DNA of 61,319 bases from the IMG/VR virus record IMGVR_UViG_3300050821_006531; one strand, written 5' to 3'. Positions within the stretch are counted from its first letter, which is position 1. Each line of letters starts with the position of its first letter. Shown here one piece after another: positions 60,824 through 61,319 of the stretch. A model generated the notes under the pieces. That model did no database searches. It saw only the letters and a program-made list of their open reading frames with translations, and was not told the origin of the DNA. The translations under genes were made by a program, and so were the position numbers. The stretch comes from a virus.

Positions 60824-60951
60824 GTCATGCTCAGAACCACGCGACCGTCCGACTGACTGAGCCGGACGGTAATGTCAGGTGGGTTTGCTGGCAGCACAAC
60901 CCAAAACGTCTGACGAGCAAACAACAAAGGGAAGGACAAGAGAGCAAATGA
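60763..60951 (+). CDS. Possible small ORF; start uncertain
   Basis: The stop forms an ATGA overlap with the pentapeptide gene start. The 5' third overlaps the previous ORF. Confidence 0.3.
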   Translation: MHPKRNRRAKTCPLPCIRELSHAQNHATVRLTEPDGNVRWVCWQHNPKRLTSKQQREGQESK

Positions 60952-61319
60952 GTTTTGAAATTCTACATCGCCACACAAAAGCCGTACTCTACACGAGCGC
61001 GACGGCAACGGAAGTCTTGAGTGCTTTAACTGAGGCTGTAAGGGCGGGCGCGAACCTCCAGGGCGCGGACCTCCAGGACGCGTACTTCCGGGGCGCGTAC
61101 CTCCGGGGCGCGGACCTCCGGGACGCGTACCTCCGGGGCGCGAACCTCCGGGGCGCGGACCTCCGGAGCGCATGCCTCCAGGACGCATGCCTCCAGGGCG
61201 CGGACCTCCGGGGCGCATACCTCCAGGGCGCATACCTCCAGGACGCATACCTCCAGGGCGCGTACCTCCGGGGCGCATACCTCCAGGGCGCGTACCTCCA
61301 GGGCGCGTACCTCCGGGGC
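60948..61319 (+). CDS. Pentapeptide-repeat protein, N-terminal part; runs off the window and continues at nt 2
   Basis: MSFEILHRHTKAVLYTSATATEVLSALTEAVRAGANLQGADLQDAYFRGAYLRGADL... No stop before the window end. Confidence 0.85.
   Translation, partial: MSFEILHRHTKAVLYTSATATEVLSALTEAVRAGANLQGADLQDAYFRGAYLRGADLRDAYLRGANLRGADLRSACLQDACLQGADLRGAYLQGAYLQDAYLQGAYLRGAYLQGAYLQGAYLRG
61050..61319. repeat. 15-nt coding tandem repeat, more diverged 5' and near-identical 3'
   Basis: About 18 units of the form cc(a/g)gg(g/a)cgc(g/a)(t/g/a)acct, merging into the repeat at 1-150. Confidence 0.9.

Overview
The window looks like one complete dsDNA tailed-phage genome of about 61.3 kb, moderately GC-rich by eye. 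All calls come from reading the six-frame translations and the nucleotide sequence; no homology search was run. Closure: the two window ends share at least 37 identical nt inside a 15-nt tandem repeat. A pentapeptide-repeat ORF starts at 60948, runs off the right edge, re-enters in frame at nt 2 and stops at 406. The contig is therefore probably circular or terminally redundant, and broken inside that gene. Plus-strand layout: early genes and the pentapeptide-repeat protein (59892..406); tyrosine integrase (400..1362); a minus-strand VirE-like primase/helicase with an HTH gene beside an iteron region; a ParB-like protein; a DinG-type helicase; a chain of ATGA-coupled mini-genes; then a recombination/replication operon (11866..21913). 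That operon holds a PD-(D/E)XK nuclease, NADAR, a Sak4-like ATPase, an ERCC4 nuclease, a LuxR-type HTH protein and a family-A DNA polymerase split into UDG+exonuclease, a 66-aa ORF and the polymerase domain. An 8-gene glycosyltransferase/methyltransferase island (22617..28576) follows and ends in tRNA-Tyr. Minus-strand layout (55272 down to 29150): a podovirus-like late operon with a split large terminase, portal, scaffold, capsid, an embedded lysis cassette, large tail proteins, a fibre and putative internal virion proteins. Selfish elements are unusually dense. (1) An IS1595-family element with 24-bp inverted repeats and a 10-bp target duplication carries a PAPS-reductase-like passenger and interrupts a phage gene that can be restored exactly. 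(2) A 321-codon intein sits in polymerase motif B, and its whole central region is overlapped by a +1-frame homing-endonuclease-like ORF. (3) An HNH gene after the polymerase contains an in-frame TAA. (4) An HNH gene splits the large terminase between its ATPase and nuclease domains. Other notable items: a recurrent TAGGTTAAACT box at operon starts; a 1.16-kb ORF-poor region full of perfect hairpins; a second pentapeptide-repeat gene among putative injected proteins; and three signal-peptide proteins including a beta-helix depolymerase-like protein. No CRISPR array, rRNA or phage RNA polymerase was seen.
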